The translations under genes and the position numbers were made by a program. Of a stretch of 64,000 bases of DNA, positions 35,555-44,706 are shown piece by piece. Origin of the DNA: Clostridia bacterium (GTDB lineage Bacteria; Bacillota; Clostridia; Oscillospirales; SIG627); the NCBI GenBank assembly GCA_017507325.1, contig JAFWBD010000002.1:1570-65569 (forward strand), given 5' to 3'. The notes beneath the pieces are model-generated. The model was not told where the DNA came from, searched no databases, and worked only from the letters and a program-made list of their open reading frames with translations. The first letter of the stretch is position 1, and the number at the start of each line of letters is the position of its first letter.

Positions 35555-38290
35555 GTGTCCTTGGCTTCTATGCTGGAAACCCTTTTGATCGGCCCGTTAA
35601 AATTGGTTTTCGAAATTCTTTTCCATCTGGCCTTGAACGTGGTGCAAAATCCGGGCTTTGCCATCATCATTCTCAGCCTCTGTATGAACTTTTTGGTGCT
35701 TCCCCTCTACAAACGGGCAGACGCCATGCAGGAGGAGGCGCGGGATATGGAAAACAAGCTGCGGGAGGGCACCGCCCATATCAAAAAAACCTTCCGCGGC
35801 GACGAGCGGATGATGATCCTTCAAACCTATCACCGTCAGAATCACTATAAGCCCACGGACGTATTCAAGGGCTCGGTCTCTCTTCTTCTGGAGATCCCCT
35901 TTTTCATGGCGGCCTACCAGTTTCTGTCTCATCTGGAGGCCTTGAACGGGGTTTCCTTCGGCCCCATTGCCGATCTTGGCAGACCCGACGGGATCATCAC
36001 CCTCTTCGGCATCTCCTGGAATCTGCTCCCGATCCTGATGACCCTGATCAACGTGATCTCCAGCGCCATCTATTTAAAGGGCTTCCCCTTGAAAACCAAG
36101 ATCCAGCTGTACGCCATGGCGCTGTTTTTCCTGTTCTTTTTGTACACCTCTCCCGCAGGCCTTGTGTTTTATTGGACCCTGAACAACGTATTTTCTCTGG
36201 TGAAGAACGTTTTCTACAAGCTGAAAAACCCCAAAAAGGTGTTGAAGCTTTTGGCTTTCCTTTGCGGCGCGGCTTTTTTGGTTCTGTTTTTCCTCGGCAA
36301 GGGAGCGATCCTCGGCGCGATCGGGGTGATTCTCCTGCTGCCCGCCCTTCTTCCCCTGATCCGCAGGATCCTTCCCCGCAAAAAAAGCGCCGATCCCACC
36401 CCAAACCGCGGTTTTTTCGTATCGGGAACCCTCTTTTTGACCTTGTTTGTCGGTCTGTTCATTCCCGCCACCTATCTTGCCGCTTCCCCCCAGGAATACG
36501 TGGACGTGACCTATTTTCATCACCCCTTGTGGTTTCTCCTCAGCTCGGGTCTGTTTGCCGCAGGGCTCTTTCTGGTATGGTTCGGCGTGTTTTATTGGCT
36601 GGCAGGCCCCAAGGGCAAGGTGGTCTTTGAGCGCATCGTGTTCATCGCCGCGCTTTGCGGAACGGTCAACTATCTGTTTTTCGGCACGTCTCTCGGCGTC
36701 ATTTCCCCCACGCTGCAATATGAGGGCGGAATGAATTTCGAGGTCTCGGAGCTTCGCATCAACCTTTTGGTCACCCTTCTTGTGACGGCGGCAGCCTTTC
36801 TGATCGCGTGGAAGTGGAAACGCTTCTCCAAGGGGCTTTTGGCCACCGCCTCCCTCGCCTTTGCTCTGATCATTACGGTGCAAAGCATCGTCATCGCCTA
36901 TTCCGTTTCGGGTCTCGGAAAGCTTGCCAAGGATAACACCCCCCATTTTGAATTGAGCCGAAACGGCCAAAACGTGGTGGTCATTATGTTGGACCGCGCC
37001 GCGGCGGAATACGTTCCCTATATCCTCAAGGAAAAGCCCGAATTGAAGGAAAAATTGGACGGCTTTACCTTCTATGAAAACACCCTTTCCTTCGGCGGCC
37101 ACACCAACATTGCCCTGCCTGCTTTGATGGGCGGCTACGAATACACCCCCGTGGAGATCAATAAGCGCTCCGACGAGCTTTTGGTGGATAAGCACAACGA
37201 AGCGCTGAAGGTGATGCCCACCCTCTTTTCCCGAGCCGGCTACAAGATCACCGTTTGCGACGCTCCCTACGCCAATTACAATTGGATTCCGGATCTATCC
37301 ATTTATGATGATCTGCCCGATACCGACACCTACATTACCAAGGGATATTTCAGCTACACCGATCAGAAAAAGCAGACCGTGGAAAGCAATATGAGAAATT
37401 TCTTCTGCTTCGGCGTGATGAAATGCCTTCCCCTTCCTCTGCAGAATCTGATCTATGACGGCGGCGCCTACAACCGCACCCTTCCGAAGTCTCAAAGCGT
37501 CAGCCAGCAGGTAACGGATTTTTCCCGCGCCGAGGGAATGAGCAAGGGCTTTTTGGATTCCTTTGAGGTGCTTCGGAATATGAAGGCCATCACCTCGGTG
37601 ACCGAGGAAAAGGAAAATCATTTTCTGTTTTTGTCCAACGAATCCACCCACGAGCCCTCTCTTCTGCAAACGCCCGATTATCTCCCCGCCGAAAAGGTAG
37701 ACAATACCGATTACGACAGCGCCCATCCCAACCGTTTTCAATTGGAAAACGGAGAATCCCTTTCCGTCACCAAAACCATTCAAATGACCCATTACCACAT
37801 CAATATGGCAAGTCTGTTGCAATTGGCGGATTGGTTTGATTATCTGAGAGAAAACGGCGTTTACGACAACACCCGCATCATTTTGGTTTCCGATCACGCC
37901 TATTATCTGAACCAAAATCCCAAAATGCATCAAAACGGGGTGGATCTCTCCAATTTTTATCCCCTTTTGATGGTGAAGGATTTTGATGCCAAGGGCTTTT
38001 CGGTCTCGGATGAATTTATGACCAATGCCGACGTTCCCACCCTCGCCTTGAAGAGCGTGGTGGAAAATCCCGTGAACCCCTTTACGGGAAAGCCCATCAA
38101 CAGCGATGAGAAAACCGCTCACGCCCAGTACATCTCCCTTTCTCACAATTGGGAAACCAACAAGAACAACGGCACCACCTTCGCCGCCTCCAAATGGGTA
38201 GGCGTGATCGAGGATCTGCGTCTGGAGGAAAACCGCGTTTTCGTAAACCGCACAGTGGTTCTCACGGAAAACGCCTATCCCCGCTACTAA
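35555..38290 (+). CDS. fusion protein: YidC/Oxa1-like module + polytopic TM region + LtaS/sulfatase-type (alkaline-phosphatase superfamily) extracellular domain
   Basis: 911 aa. N-terminus has a YidC pattern (AIIILSLCMNFLVLPLYKRADAMQ ... PAGLVFYWTLNNVFSLVKN). C-terminus has VVVIMLDRAAAEY, GGHTN, NESTHEP and VSDHAYY motifs. GTG start 8 nt after GAGGTGG. Confidence 0.7.
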   Translation: MSLASMLETLLIGPLKLVFEILFHLALNVVQNPGFAIIILSLCMNFLVLPLYKRADAMQEEARDMENKLREGTAHIKKTFRGDERMMILQTYHRQNHYKPTDVFKGSVSLLLEIPFFMAAYQFLSHLEALNGVSFGPIADLGRPDGIITLFGISWNLLPILMTLINVISSAIYLKGFPLKTKIQLYAMALFFLFFLYTSPAGLVFYWTLNNVFSLVKNVFYKLKNPKKVLKLLAFLCGAAFLVLFFLGKGAILGAIGVILLLPALLPLIRRILPRKKSADPTPNRGFFVSGTLFLTLFVGLFIPATYLAASPQEYVDVTYFHHPLWFLLSSGLFAAGLFLVWFGVFYWLAGPKGKVVFERIVFIAALCGTVNYLFFGTSLGVISPTLQYEGGMNFEVSELRINLLVTLLVTAAAFLIAWKWKRFSKGLLATASLAFALIITVQSIVIAYSVSGLGKLAKDNTPHFELSRNGQNVVVIMLDRAAAEYVPYILKEKPELKEKLDGFTFYENTLSFGGHTNIALPALMGGYEYTPVEINKRSDELLVDKHNEALKVMPTLFSRAGYKITVCDAPYANYNWIPDLSIYDDLPDTDTYITKGYFSYTDQKKQTVESNMRNFFCFGVMKCLPLPLQNLIYDGGAYNRTLPKSQSVSQQVTDFSRAEGMSKGFLDSFEVLRNMKAITSVTEEKENHFLFLSNESTHEPSLLQTPDYLPAEKVDNTDYDSAHPNRFQLENGESLSVTKTIQMTHYHINMASLLQLADWFDYLRENGVYDNTRIILVSDHAYYLNQNPKMHQNGVDLSNFYPLLMVKDFDAKGFSVSDEFMTNADVPTLALKSVVENPVNPFTGKPINSDEKTAHAQYISLSHNWETNKNNGTTFAASKWVGVIEDLRLEENRVFVNRTVVLTENAYPRY

Positions 38291-38303
38291 AGGAGGACAA
38301 GCC

Positions 38304-39179
38304 ATGAAAACCGTAGACAATGCCATTATTATGGCGGCGGGAACCGCCAGCCGCTTTGCCCCGCTCTCCTATGAAAGGCCCAAGGCTCTCATTGAGGTAA
38401 AGGGAGAGATCCTTCTGGAACGGCAGATCCGCCAGCTTTTGGAGGCGGGCGTTCCCGAGATCATTCTGGTGGTGGGCTATCAAAAAGAAAAATTCCTTTA
38501 TCTTCAGGAGAAATTCGGGGTACAATTGGTGGAAAACCCCTTTTATCTGACCCGCAACAACCATTCCAGCATTTGGGCGGTGCGCGACCGATTGGCCAAT
38601 TCCTATATTTGCTCCTCGGACAATTATTTTTCCGAGAATCCCTTTGAAAGAGAAGTGGAGGATTCCTATTACGCCGCCGTATACGCCCACGGAAAAACCG
38701 CGGAATGGTGTATGACCGAGGACGACGAGGGGTATATCGATTCGGTGACGATCGGCGGGGAAAACGCCTGGTATATGCTGGGGCATACCTTTTGGTCCGA
38801 AGAATTCAGCCGAGGCTTTCTTGAGATTCTGGAAAGGATCTATCCCCTTCCGGAAACGGCGGGGCTCTTGTGGGAGGCCATTTTCGCCAAGAATCTGAAC
38901 GTTTTGAAAATGAAGATCCGAAAATATCCCGAATCCCGCATTTTCGAATTCGATACCTTGGATGAATTGCGGCAATTCGACCCCTCTTATCGGGATCACA
39001 CCCGTTCCGCGATCCTTTCGGACCTTGCCCGAAGGCTCTCCTGCGGGGAGCGGGACATTCTGGAGGCCACCGCCATCAAAACGCGTGACAACGCGGCCGT
39101 GGGATTCACCTTCCGCGTTCACGATAAAGCCTATCGCTACGAATACCAATCCAACAAGTTAGGAGAGATCGAGCTGTGA
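38304..39179 (+). CDS. LicC-like nucleotidyltransferase (probable CTP:phosphocholine/phospho-alcohol cytidylyltransferase)
   Basis: 291 aa. NAIIMAAGTASRFAPLSYERPKAL N-terminal NTP-transferase signature. Confidence 0.7.
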   Translation: MKTVDNAIIMAAGTASRFAPLSYERPKALIEVKGEILLERQIRQLLEAGVPEIILVVGYQKEKFLYLQEKFGVQLVENPFYLTRNNHSSIWAVRDRLANSYICSSDNYFSENPFEREVEDSYYAAVYAHGKTAEWCMTEDDEGYIDSVTIGGENAWYMLGHTFWSEEFSRGFLEILERIYPLPETAGLLWEAIFAKNLNVLKMKIRKYPESRIFEFDTLDELRQFDPSYRDHTRSAILSDLARRLSCGERDILEATAIKTRDNAAVGFTFRVHDKAYRYEYQSNKLGEIEL

Positions 39180-40087
39180 GAGAAATCATTTCCCAAGACG
39201 TTCCCAAAATCGAGGCATTGCTGGAAAAGGTGTTTTCCGACAAAAGCTACCGCGAGCTTTCCCGCCTCGGCGGACTCACCAACCACACCTATCGGGTCCT
39301 TCGGGAGGATGGCTCCGAATACGTTCTGAGGATCCCGGGAGAGGGCACGGAGGAATTGATCTGCCGTGCGGATGAAAGGGTCAGCACCGACCTGGCCTGC
39401 CGCTTGGGGATCGACGCTTCCCTTCTCTATTTCGGAGAAGACGGTGCCAAGGTCACCCGTTACCTCCCCGAGGCCGAAACCATGAACAGCCTCCGCCTGA
39501 AGCAGGCCGAAAACATTCGCCGCGTGGCCCGCATTTTTCAGATCCTCCACCGTTCGGGGGAGAATACGGGCGTTCCCTTTGAAGTCTTCGATATGGCAAA
39601 GGGCTACGAAAGAATCATTTCCTCTATGAAGGTTTCCATGTTTGAGGATTATTCCTTGATCTCCCAAAGGGTTCTGGAAATCAAGCGGGAGATCGATCGG
39701 GACGTTTCCGCCCCCGTCGTTCCCTGCCACAACGATCCCCTTTGCGAGAATTGGGTGCTCAGCCAAGGCAAAATGTATCTGATCGACTGGGAATACGCGG
39801 GAATGAACGACGGTATGTGGGACGTTGCCGACGTTTCCATTGAGGCGGGCTATTCCGAAAAAGAGGATCGGATCCTTTTGGAGGAATATCTGGAGCGCAA
39901 GCCCACCCTTACCGACCGCAAGCACTTTTTGGCCAACAAGATCTACGTGGATTATCTCTGGACCCTTTGGGCCAAGGCAAGAGTCCCCTACGACGGACAG
40001 CCTATGGAGGATTGGGCCACCGAGCGTTACGCAAGACTGAAAGCAAATCTGGAGCAATTTGTTGCCGTACAGGAGGAAAGATCATGA
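39176..40087 (+). CDS. choline/ethanolamine kinase family protein (LicA-like)
   Basis: 303 aa. GGLTNHTYRV, HNDPLCENW (Brenner motif) and LIDWEYAGMND (choline kinase motif). 4-nt overlap with the upstream gene. Confidence 0.8.
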   Translation: MREIISQDVPKIEALLEKVFSDKSYRELSRLGGLTNHTYRVLREDGSEYVLRIPGEGTEELICRADERVSTDLACRLGIDASLLYFGEDGAKVTRYLPEAETMNSLRLKQAENIRRVARIFQILHRSGENTGVPFEVFDMAKGYERIISSMKVSMFEDYSLISQRVLEIKREIDRDVSAPVVPCHNDPLCENWVLSQGKMYLIDWEYAGMNDGMWDVADVSIEAGYSEKEDRILLEEYLERKPTLTDRKHFLANKIYVDYLWTLWAKARVPYDGQPMEDWATERYARLKANLEQFVAVQEERS

Positions 40088-41034
40088 TTGCAGGTATCAT
40101 CGCAGGCATTACTTGGGCCTTGGAGACCGTCATTCTCGGCATCGCCTTGGGGATGACCCCCTTTGTATCCACCGAAGAAGCGATTTTTCTCGCTCCCTTC
40201 GTTTCCACCTTTCTCCACGACGCCTTTTCCGCCCTCTGGTCTCTGGTATACAACACGGTCAGAGGCAATTTCGGCAACGTGATCCGTGCGCTGAAAACCA
40301 AAAGCGGAAAATGGGTGGTGCTTGCCGCCATCATCGGCGGACCTGTGGGAATGACGGGATACGTTCTGGCCGTAAACTATATGGGTGCCTCCATCGGTGC
40401 CGTGGCCAGCGCCATTTTCCCCGCCATCGGCAGTGTATTGGCCTATTTCTTCTTAAAAGAGAAAATGAAATGGCATCAATGGATCTTTTTGATCCTGACC
40501 CTTTTGGGGGTTTACGGACTCAGCTATTCTCCCACGCTGGAGGTTCAAAACTTCTGGTTGGGACTGCTGGGTGCCTTGATGTGCGCCTTCGGCTGGGGCA
40601 TTGAAGCGGTGATTTTGGCCAAATGCCTTACCGATCCCGAGGTGACCGACGAATACGCCCTGCAGATCCGCCAAACCACCTCCGCCCTCTTTTACGGTGC
40701 GGTGCTCCTTCCCCTTTTGAAGGGCTGGGGCTTTACCGTTTCCCTCTTTGATTTCAAGGAGGCTCCCCTTTTGCTGCCCACGCTGGCGCTCGCCGCTCTT
40801 TTCGCCACCGTTTCGTATTTGTTCTATTACAAGGCCATCTCTCAGATCGGCGCCTCCAAGGCCATGGCACTGAACGTGACCTACTCTGCCTGGGCGATCC
40901 TCTTTACCGTGGTACTGCTTCGGGATCTGAGCGTGCTTTCTCCCTTGACGGTGCTTTGCTCCGTGGTGGTATTGGTCTGCGGCATCTTTGCGGCGGCCGA
41001 CATCAAAGCCCTGTTTGAAAAGAAAAAGGCATAA
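40084..41034 (+). CDS. EamA/DMT family transporter (LicB-like choline permease)
   Basis: 316 aa from MIAGIIAGITWALE, about 10 TM. ATGA overlap with the kinase gene. Confidence 0.7.
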   Translation: MIAGIIAGITWALETVILGIALGMTPFVSTEEAIFLAPFVSTFLHDAFSALWSLVYNTVRGNFGNVIRALKTKSGKWVVLAAIIGGPVGMTGYVLAVNYMGASIGAVASAIFPAIGSVLAYFFLKEKMKWHQWIFLILTLLGVYGLSYSPTLEVQNFWLGLLGALMCAFGWGIEAVILAKCLTDPEVTDEYALQIRQTTSALFYGAVLLPLLKGWGFTVSLFDFKEAPLLLPTLALAALFATVSYLFYYKAISQIGASKAMALNVTYSAWAILFTVVLLRDLSVLSPLTVLCSVVVLVCGIFAAADIKALFEKKKA

Positions 41035-41061
41035 AAAATCCAAAAAATGAAACGAGACAAA

Positions 41062-41100
41062 AGGACAGAGAACGAAAAACCGTTCTCTGTCCTGATTTTT
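41062..41100. terminator. bidirectional rho-independent terminator (lic-like operon / trpB)
   Basis: AGGACAGAGAACG-AAAAAC-CGTTCTCTGTCCT followed by GATTTTT, with an A-run upstream. Confidence 0.85.
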
Positions 41101-41139
41101 GTTATCGCGCCGCGGGAAAGGGCTTGTCCCGAGGCATTT

Positions 41140-42372
41140 TTATTTTTGGAAATATTTCTCTCCGCAGCCGTAATTCTCGTATACGTAATCGATGTCCTTA
41201 TCCCCTCTTCCGGAAAGGCATACCAGAATGGAGCCGAACTGCTTTTCCTTGGCGTAGCGGATGGCGTAGGCCAGGGCGTGAGAGCTTTCAATGGCGGGAA
41301 TGATTCCCTCGTTGCGGCACAGAAGGAAGAAGGCCTCCATGGCCTCGTCGTCGGAGGCGGTCACGTAATTGACACGGCCCGCATCTCTCAAATAGGCGTG
41401 CTCGGGGCCGACACCGGGATAATCCAGGCCGCTGGCAATGGAATATACGGGCAAGGGCTCGCCGTTTTCATCCTGCAAGAGATAGCTTTCAAAGCCGTGG
41501 AGCCTTCCCTTGGTGCCGAACTGCATGGTGGCGGCGTGATCACCCACACCCGTTCCTCTGCCCAAAGGCTCCACGCCGTAAATATCCACGGGGTCTGCCA
41601 AAAAGGGCGTAAACATTCCCAAAGAGTTGGAGCCGCCGCCCACGCAGGCGCAAACCGCATCGGGCAGATGCCCCGTCATTTCACAAAACTGATCCCTCGC
41701 CTCAATACCGATCACCGATTGGAAATCCCTCACCATCATGGGGAAGGGATGGGGGCCGAGAGCCGAACCGATGCAGTAAATGGCGTGGTCGTATTCCTTC
41801 AGATAGGCATCGAAGGCGGCGTCCACCGCTTCCTTCAACGTCTTCAGGCCGTGGGTGACGGGAATCACGTTGGCACCCAGCATTTTCATACGGATCACGT
41901 TGGGGTGCTGCTTGGCAATATCCACCTCGCCCATATAAATATCGCATTCCATCCCGAAGTAGGCGGCGGCGGTAGCCAGAGCCACGCCGTGCTGACCTGC
42001 ACCGGTCTCGGCGATGAGCTTTTTCTTACCCATAAATTTGGCCAAAAGGCCCTCGCCCATACAGTGGTTCAACTTGTGGGCACCCGTATGGTTCAGATCC
42101 TCGCGCTTCAAATAGATCTGGCAGTTGCCGAACAGGCGGGACAGGCGCTCGCAGTGATAAACGGGGGTGGGTCTGCCTTGAAATTCCTTGCGGATTCTGC
42201 GCAATTCGTTGATAAACTGCGCCGACTGACAAATGGCACCGTAAGCATCCGTTGCTTCGCGGAAGGCGGGAATCAATTCCTCGGGGAGAAACGAGCCGCC
42301 GTATTCACCGAAATACCCCTCTCGGTTGGGAAAATCTTTCAAATAATGGTCAAAATCACGGTAGGATTTCAT
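41140..42372 (-). CDS. trpB: tryptophan synthase beta subunit (stand-alone)
   Basis: 410 aa. [14 protein letters not shown] (PLP lysine), [15 protein letters not shown] and [12 protein letters not shown] blocks. Confidence 0.85.
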   Translation of the reverse strand: MKSYRDFDHYLKDFPNREGYFGEYGGSFLPEELIPAFREATDAYGAICQSAQFINELRRIRKEFQGRPTPVYHCERLSRLFGNCQIYLKREDLNHTGAHKLNHCMGEGLLAKFMGKKKLIAETGAGQHGVALATAAAYFGMECDIYMGEVDIAKQHPNVIRMKMLGANVIPVTHGLKTLKEAVDAAFDAYLKEYDHAIYCIGSALGPHPFPMMVRDFQSVIGIEARDQFCEMTGHLPDAVCACVGGGSNSLGMFTPFLADPVDIYGVEPLGRGTGVGDHAATMQFGTKGRLHGFESYLLQDENGEPLPVYSIASGLDYPGVGPEHAYLRDAGRVNYVTASDDEAMEAFFLLCRNEGIIPAIESSHALAYAIRYAKEKQFGSILVCLSGRGDKDIDYVYENYGCGEKYFQK

Positions 42373-42478
42373 TTTTTCTTACTCCTTTTCAAATATCAAT
42401 TCATTCATTCATTTTTTTCGGTGTGAGACGGTATTCCTGCCGCCATCGCCGCTTTCGCATCAAAAACATATAAACTCC

Positions 42479-42742
42479 AAAAAATAAACCCCGAACGAAA
42501 AATCCGTTCGGGGCGAATTGTTAACATCCGCGGTACCACCCAAATTCTGCCGCCGAAGCGACACTCACCGTGTACAAGCATACACTCCCGATGTAACGGT
42601 CGGCACCGTCGCCCCTAATTTGCCCGCGGCATTTCGGTTTGCCCTCACAAGTCCATTCTCCGCTTCCGTTTCTGCCGCGCTCCCACCGCCCGCGGCTCGC
42701 TGTGAAAAAGAGGGAATCGGTTACTCCTCTTGCTCCTCGGTT
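42479..42742 (-). promoter_or_regulatory. T-box leader (Trp) with terminator
   Basis: Minus strand AATTTGGGTGGTACCGCG (42546..42529), a near-perfect T-box consensus. Terminator CCCCGAACG..CGTTCGGGG plus T-run (42513..42479). GAATGGA specifier-loop candidate (UGG). Confidence 0.85.
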
Positions 42743-42748
42743 TTCTTC

Positions 42749-42777
42749 AGTATAGCAAAGCTTTGCCCGCTTGTCAA
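42749..42777 (-). promoter_or_regulatory. sigma-A promoter of the trpB T-box leader
   Basis: Minus strand TTGACA-17 nt-TATACT. Confidence 0.7.
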
Positions 42778-42980
42778 GTGTTTTCTTCAAAAGCGATGCT
42801 TCCCGCCGCCTCACAGATCTCATCGGGAGAAAGCGAATCCCGCTCCCGCAGGAAGGACAGCATTTTTCTGCCCTTTTCCTCCTTGGTGAGAACCAGCATC
42901 ACGGAAAAGATATCCTCACGGGGCAAGCCCTTTTCCGCCAGAAGCGACAGAAGCTCCCGCTGCCAATCCGTAAATTCCAT
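42774..42980 (-). CDS. small hypothetical protein (68 aa)
   Basis: ATG lies 3 nt after the chrA stop, with GGAG 8 nt upstream. Helical-looking sequence MEFTDWQRELLSLLAEKGLPREDIF... Confidence 0.45.
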   Translation of the reverse strand: MEFTDWQRELLSLLAEKGLPREDIFSVMLVLTKEEKGRKMLSFLRERDSLSPDEICEAAGSIAFEENT

Positions 42981-42983
42981 ACA

Positions 42984-43583
42984 TCACACTCCGTAAATCA
43001 GCATTCCCAGCCCCGCCGCAATGGCAATGGAGAGAATGGGGGAAATGGTCTTTTTCTTCCAAAGACGGTAGGCACAGCGCAGAAGAAACACCGAGCCAAA
43101 CATCAAAAGCGTGCGCCATTCGGGCAGGGCCACCGCCGAGGGGCCGCCCGTAAACAGTTCGTTGATCTCGGGCAGAATGCCGGAGAGAAGAAAATCGATC
43201 CCCACCGAAAGAATGATGCCCACCACGCAGGGCTTGATGGTATCCAGAACGGAGCGGGTTGCCTTTTTCTCCAAAAATCCCTGCAAAAAGCGGGCGATCA
43301 GGAGAATGATGAGAAAGGAGGGGGTTGCCGCCCCCACCGTGGCGCAGACGGCACCGAAAATGCCCCCTGCGGTGGTGCCGATATAGGTGGCGGAATTGAT
43401 CATGATCGGGCCGGGGGTGGATTCCGCCACACCCACAATATAGGCGAACATTTCTTCATCCACACCCATCCAGGGATTGGAAAGCACCGCGTCGCGGATC
43501 AGCGGAATGGCAGCGTACCCGCCGCCGAAGGTAAATAAGCCCACCTTAAAAAATTCCCAAAACAGACGAAGACAGGTTATCAT
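42984..43583 (-). CDS. chrA: chromate transporter family protein (half-size ChrA)
   Basis: Start MITCLRLFWEFFKVGLFTFGGGYAAIP is the CHR family signature. ATGA overlap with the upstream half. Confidence 0.8.
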   Translation of the reverse strand: MITCLRLFWEFFKVGLFTFGGGYAAIPLIRDAVLSNPWMGVDEEMFAYIVGVAESTPGPIMINSATYIGTTAGGIFGAVCATVGAATPSFLIILLIARFLQGFLEKKATRSVLDTIKPCVVGIILSVGIDFLLSGILPEINELFTGGPSAVALPEWRTLLMFGSVFLLRCAYRLWKKKTISPILSIAIAAGLGMLIYGV

Positions 43584-44170
43584 TTCCGATCCCCTCCCTT
43601 CCGAGATACAGCCAGATTGACGCAATAGATCACAATTCCCACCGCCGCAGAGAGAAGGATGAGATAAAGGGAGGAAAAGCGGATCAATTCAAAATTGGCC
43701 GCCAGCATCACCGCCATGGCGACGCCGAACACACAAAGGGAAACGGGATTCTTTTTCATTTTGCGGTACATTTTCAGACCCGCACCGAAAATGAGAAAGG
43801 CCACCGCCGCCTTGATCCCGCGAAAGGCACTGGCAACGAATTTGATCTCCAAAAAGTTCTCCAAAAACATGGCGATCGCGTAGATGATCATCAAGGAAGG
43901 CAGCACCACCCCCGTGGTGGCCAAAAGAGATCCCAGCACCCCGCGGGTCTTATACCCCACGAAGGTTGCGGTATTGATGGCCAAGGGGCCCGGTGTCGAT
44001 TCGGCAATCACCGTAATATCCATCATTTCATCGTGGGAAAGCCATTTTTTCTCGCTGACCACCTCGTTTTCCATGACGGAGATCATGGCATATCCGCCGC
44101 CGAAAGTAAACAAGCCGATCTTGAAGAAGGAAAAAAACAATTCCCACATTCCGGCCGCATTCTTTTTCAT
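43580..44170 (-). CDS. chrA: chromate transporter family protein (half-size ChrA)
   Basis: Start MKKNAAGMWELFFSFFKIGLFTFGGGYAMI. ATGA overlap with the upstream gene. Confidence 0.8.
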   Translation of the reverse strand: MKKNAAGMWELFFSFFKIGLFTFGGGYAMISVMENEVVSEKKWLSHDEMMDITVIAESTPGPLAINTATFVGYKTRGVLGSLLATTGVVLPSLMIIYAIAMFLENFLEIKFVASAFRGIKAAVAFLIFGAGLKMYRKMKKNPVSLCVFGVAMAVMLAANFELIRFSSLYLILLSAAVGIVIYCVNLAVSRKGGDRK

Positions 44171-44640
44171 AAAACGCCCTCCTCCTTTAAATATTGCTCC
44201 AAAATTTCCGCCGCCCCCTCCACGAAGCGGGCGCAGGGTCTCTCCCGATAATAGGCTTCGGTCCTCGGCGAGGGAGCGCCTCCCACCGAGGCCTTGTTTT
44301 TCAAAAGCTCTCTGCAAACCAGGTGTCCGAACCGCTCGCGGAAGCGCTCGGAAAGCAGCTGCACCAGTGCATAGAGCTTCTTTTTTTCCTCGGGATCGGC
44401 GGAATCATAGCCGAAAACCCGACCCATCACCAGCATCATTCCGCTGAAGGCACCGCACACCTCGCGCATTCTACCGAAGCCGCCGCCGAAGGGAGAAGCC
44501 AAGCGGAGGGCCTCCTTCTCCTCTACCCCCACAAGGGGCGCAAAGGCGGCAAAAACCGCCTGCGAGCAATTATAGCCCTGCAAAAAGAATTCTCCCGCAC
44601 GGAGAACCACCGCACTGCATTCGTTTTTATCGCAATTCAT
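44167..44640 (-). CDS. C_GCAxxG_C_C family protein
   Basis: 157 aa. YNCSQAV ... EVCGAFSG ... LVCRELL ... PCARF cysteine pattern. Confidence 0.7.
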   Translation of the reverse strand: MNCDKNECSAVVLRAGEFFLQGYNCSQAVFAAFAPLVGVEEKEALRLASPFGGGFGRMREVCGAFSGMMLVMGRVFGYDSADPEEKKKLYALVQLLSERFRERFGHLVCRELLKNKASVGGAPSPRTEAYYRERPCARFVEGAAEILEQYLKEEGVL

Positions 44641-44666
44641 TGTTTTTCCTCATTTTCTCAAAACGG

Positions 44667-44692
44667 AAAAAAGCCTCCGTCCGAAGGCGGAG
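44667..44692 (-). terminator. rho-independent terminator after the acidic zinc-ribbon gene
   Basis: Minus strand CTCCGCC-TTCG-GACGGAG followed by GCTTTTTT. Confidence 0.6.
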
Positions 44693-44706
44693 ACTTTTGA
44701 CTCTCA

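Noticed and set aside
36074-38326. Two long minus-strand ORFs (36074..37195 and 37295..38326)
   Set aside because: Antisense shadows of the YidC-LtaS fusion gene, with repetitive G/K/Q/H-rich translations.
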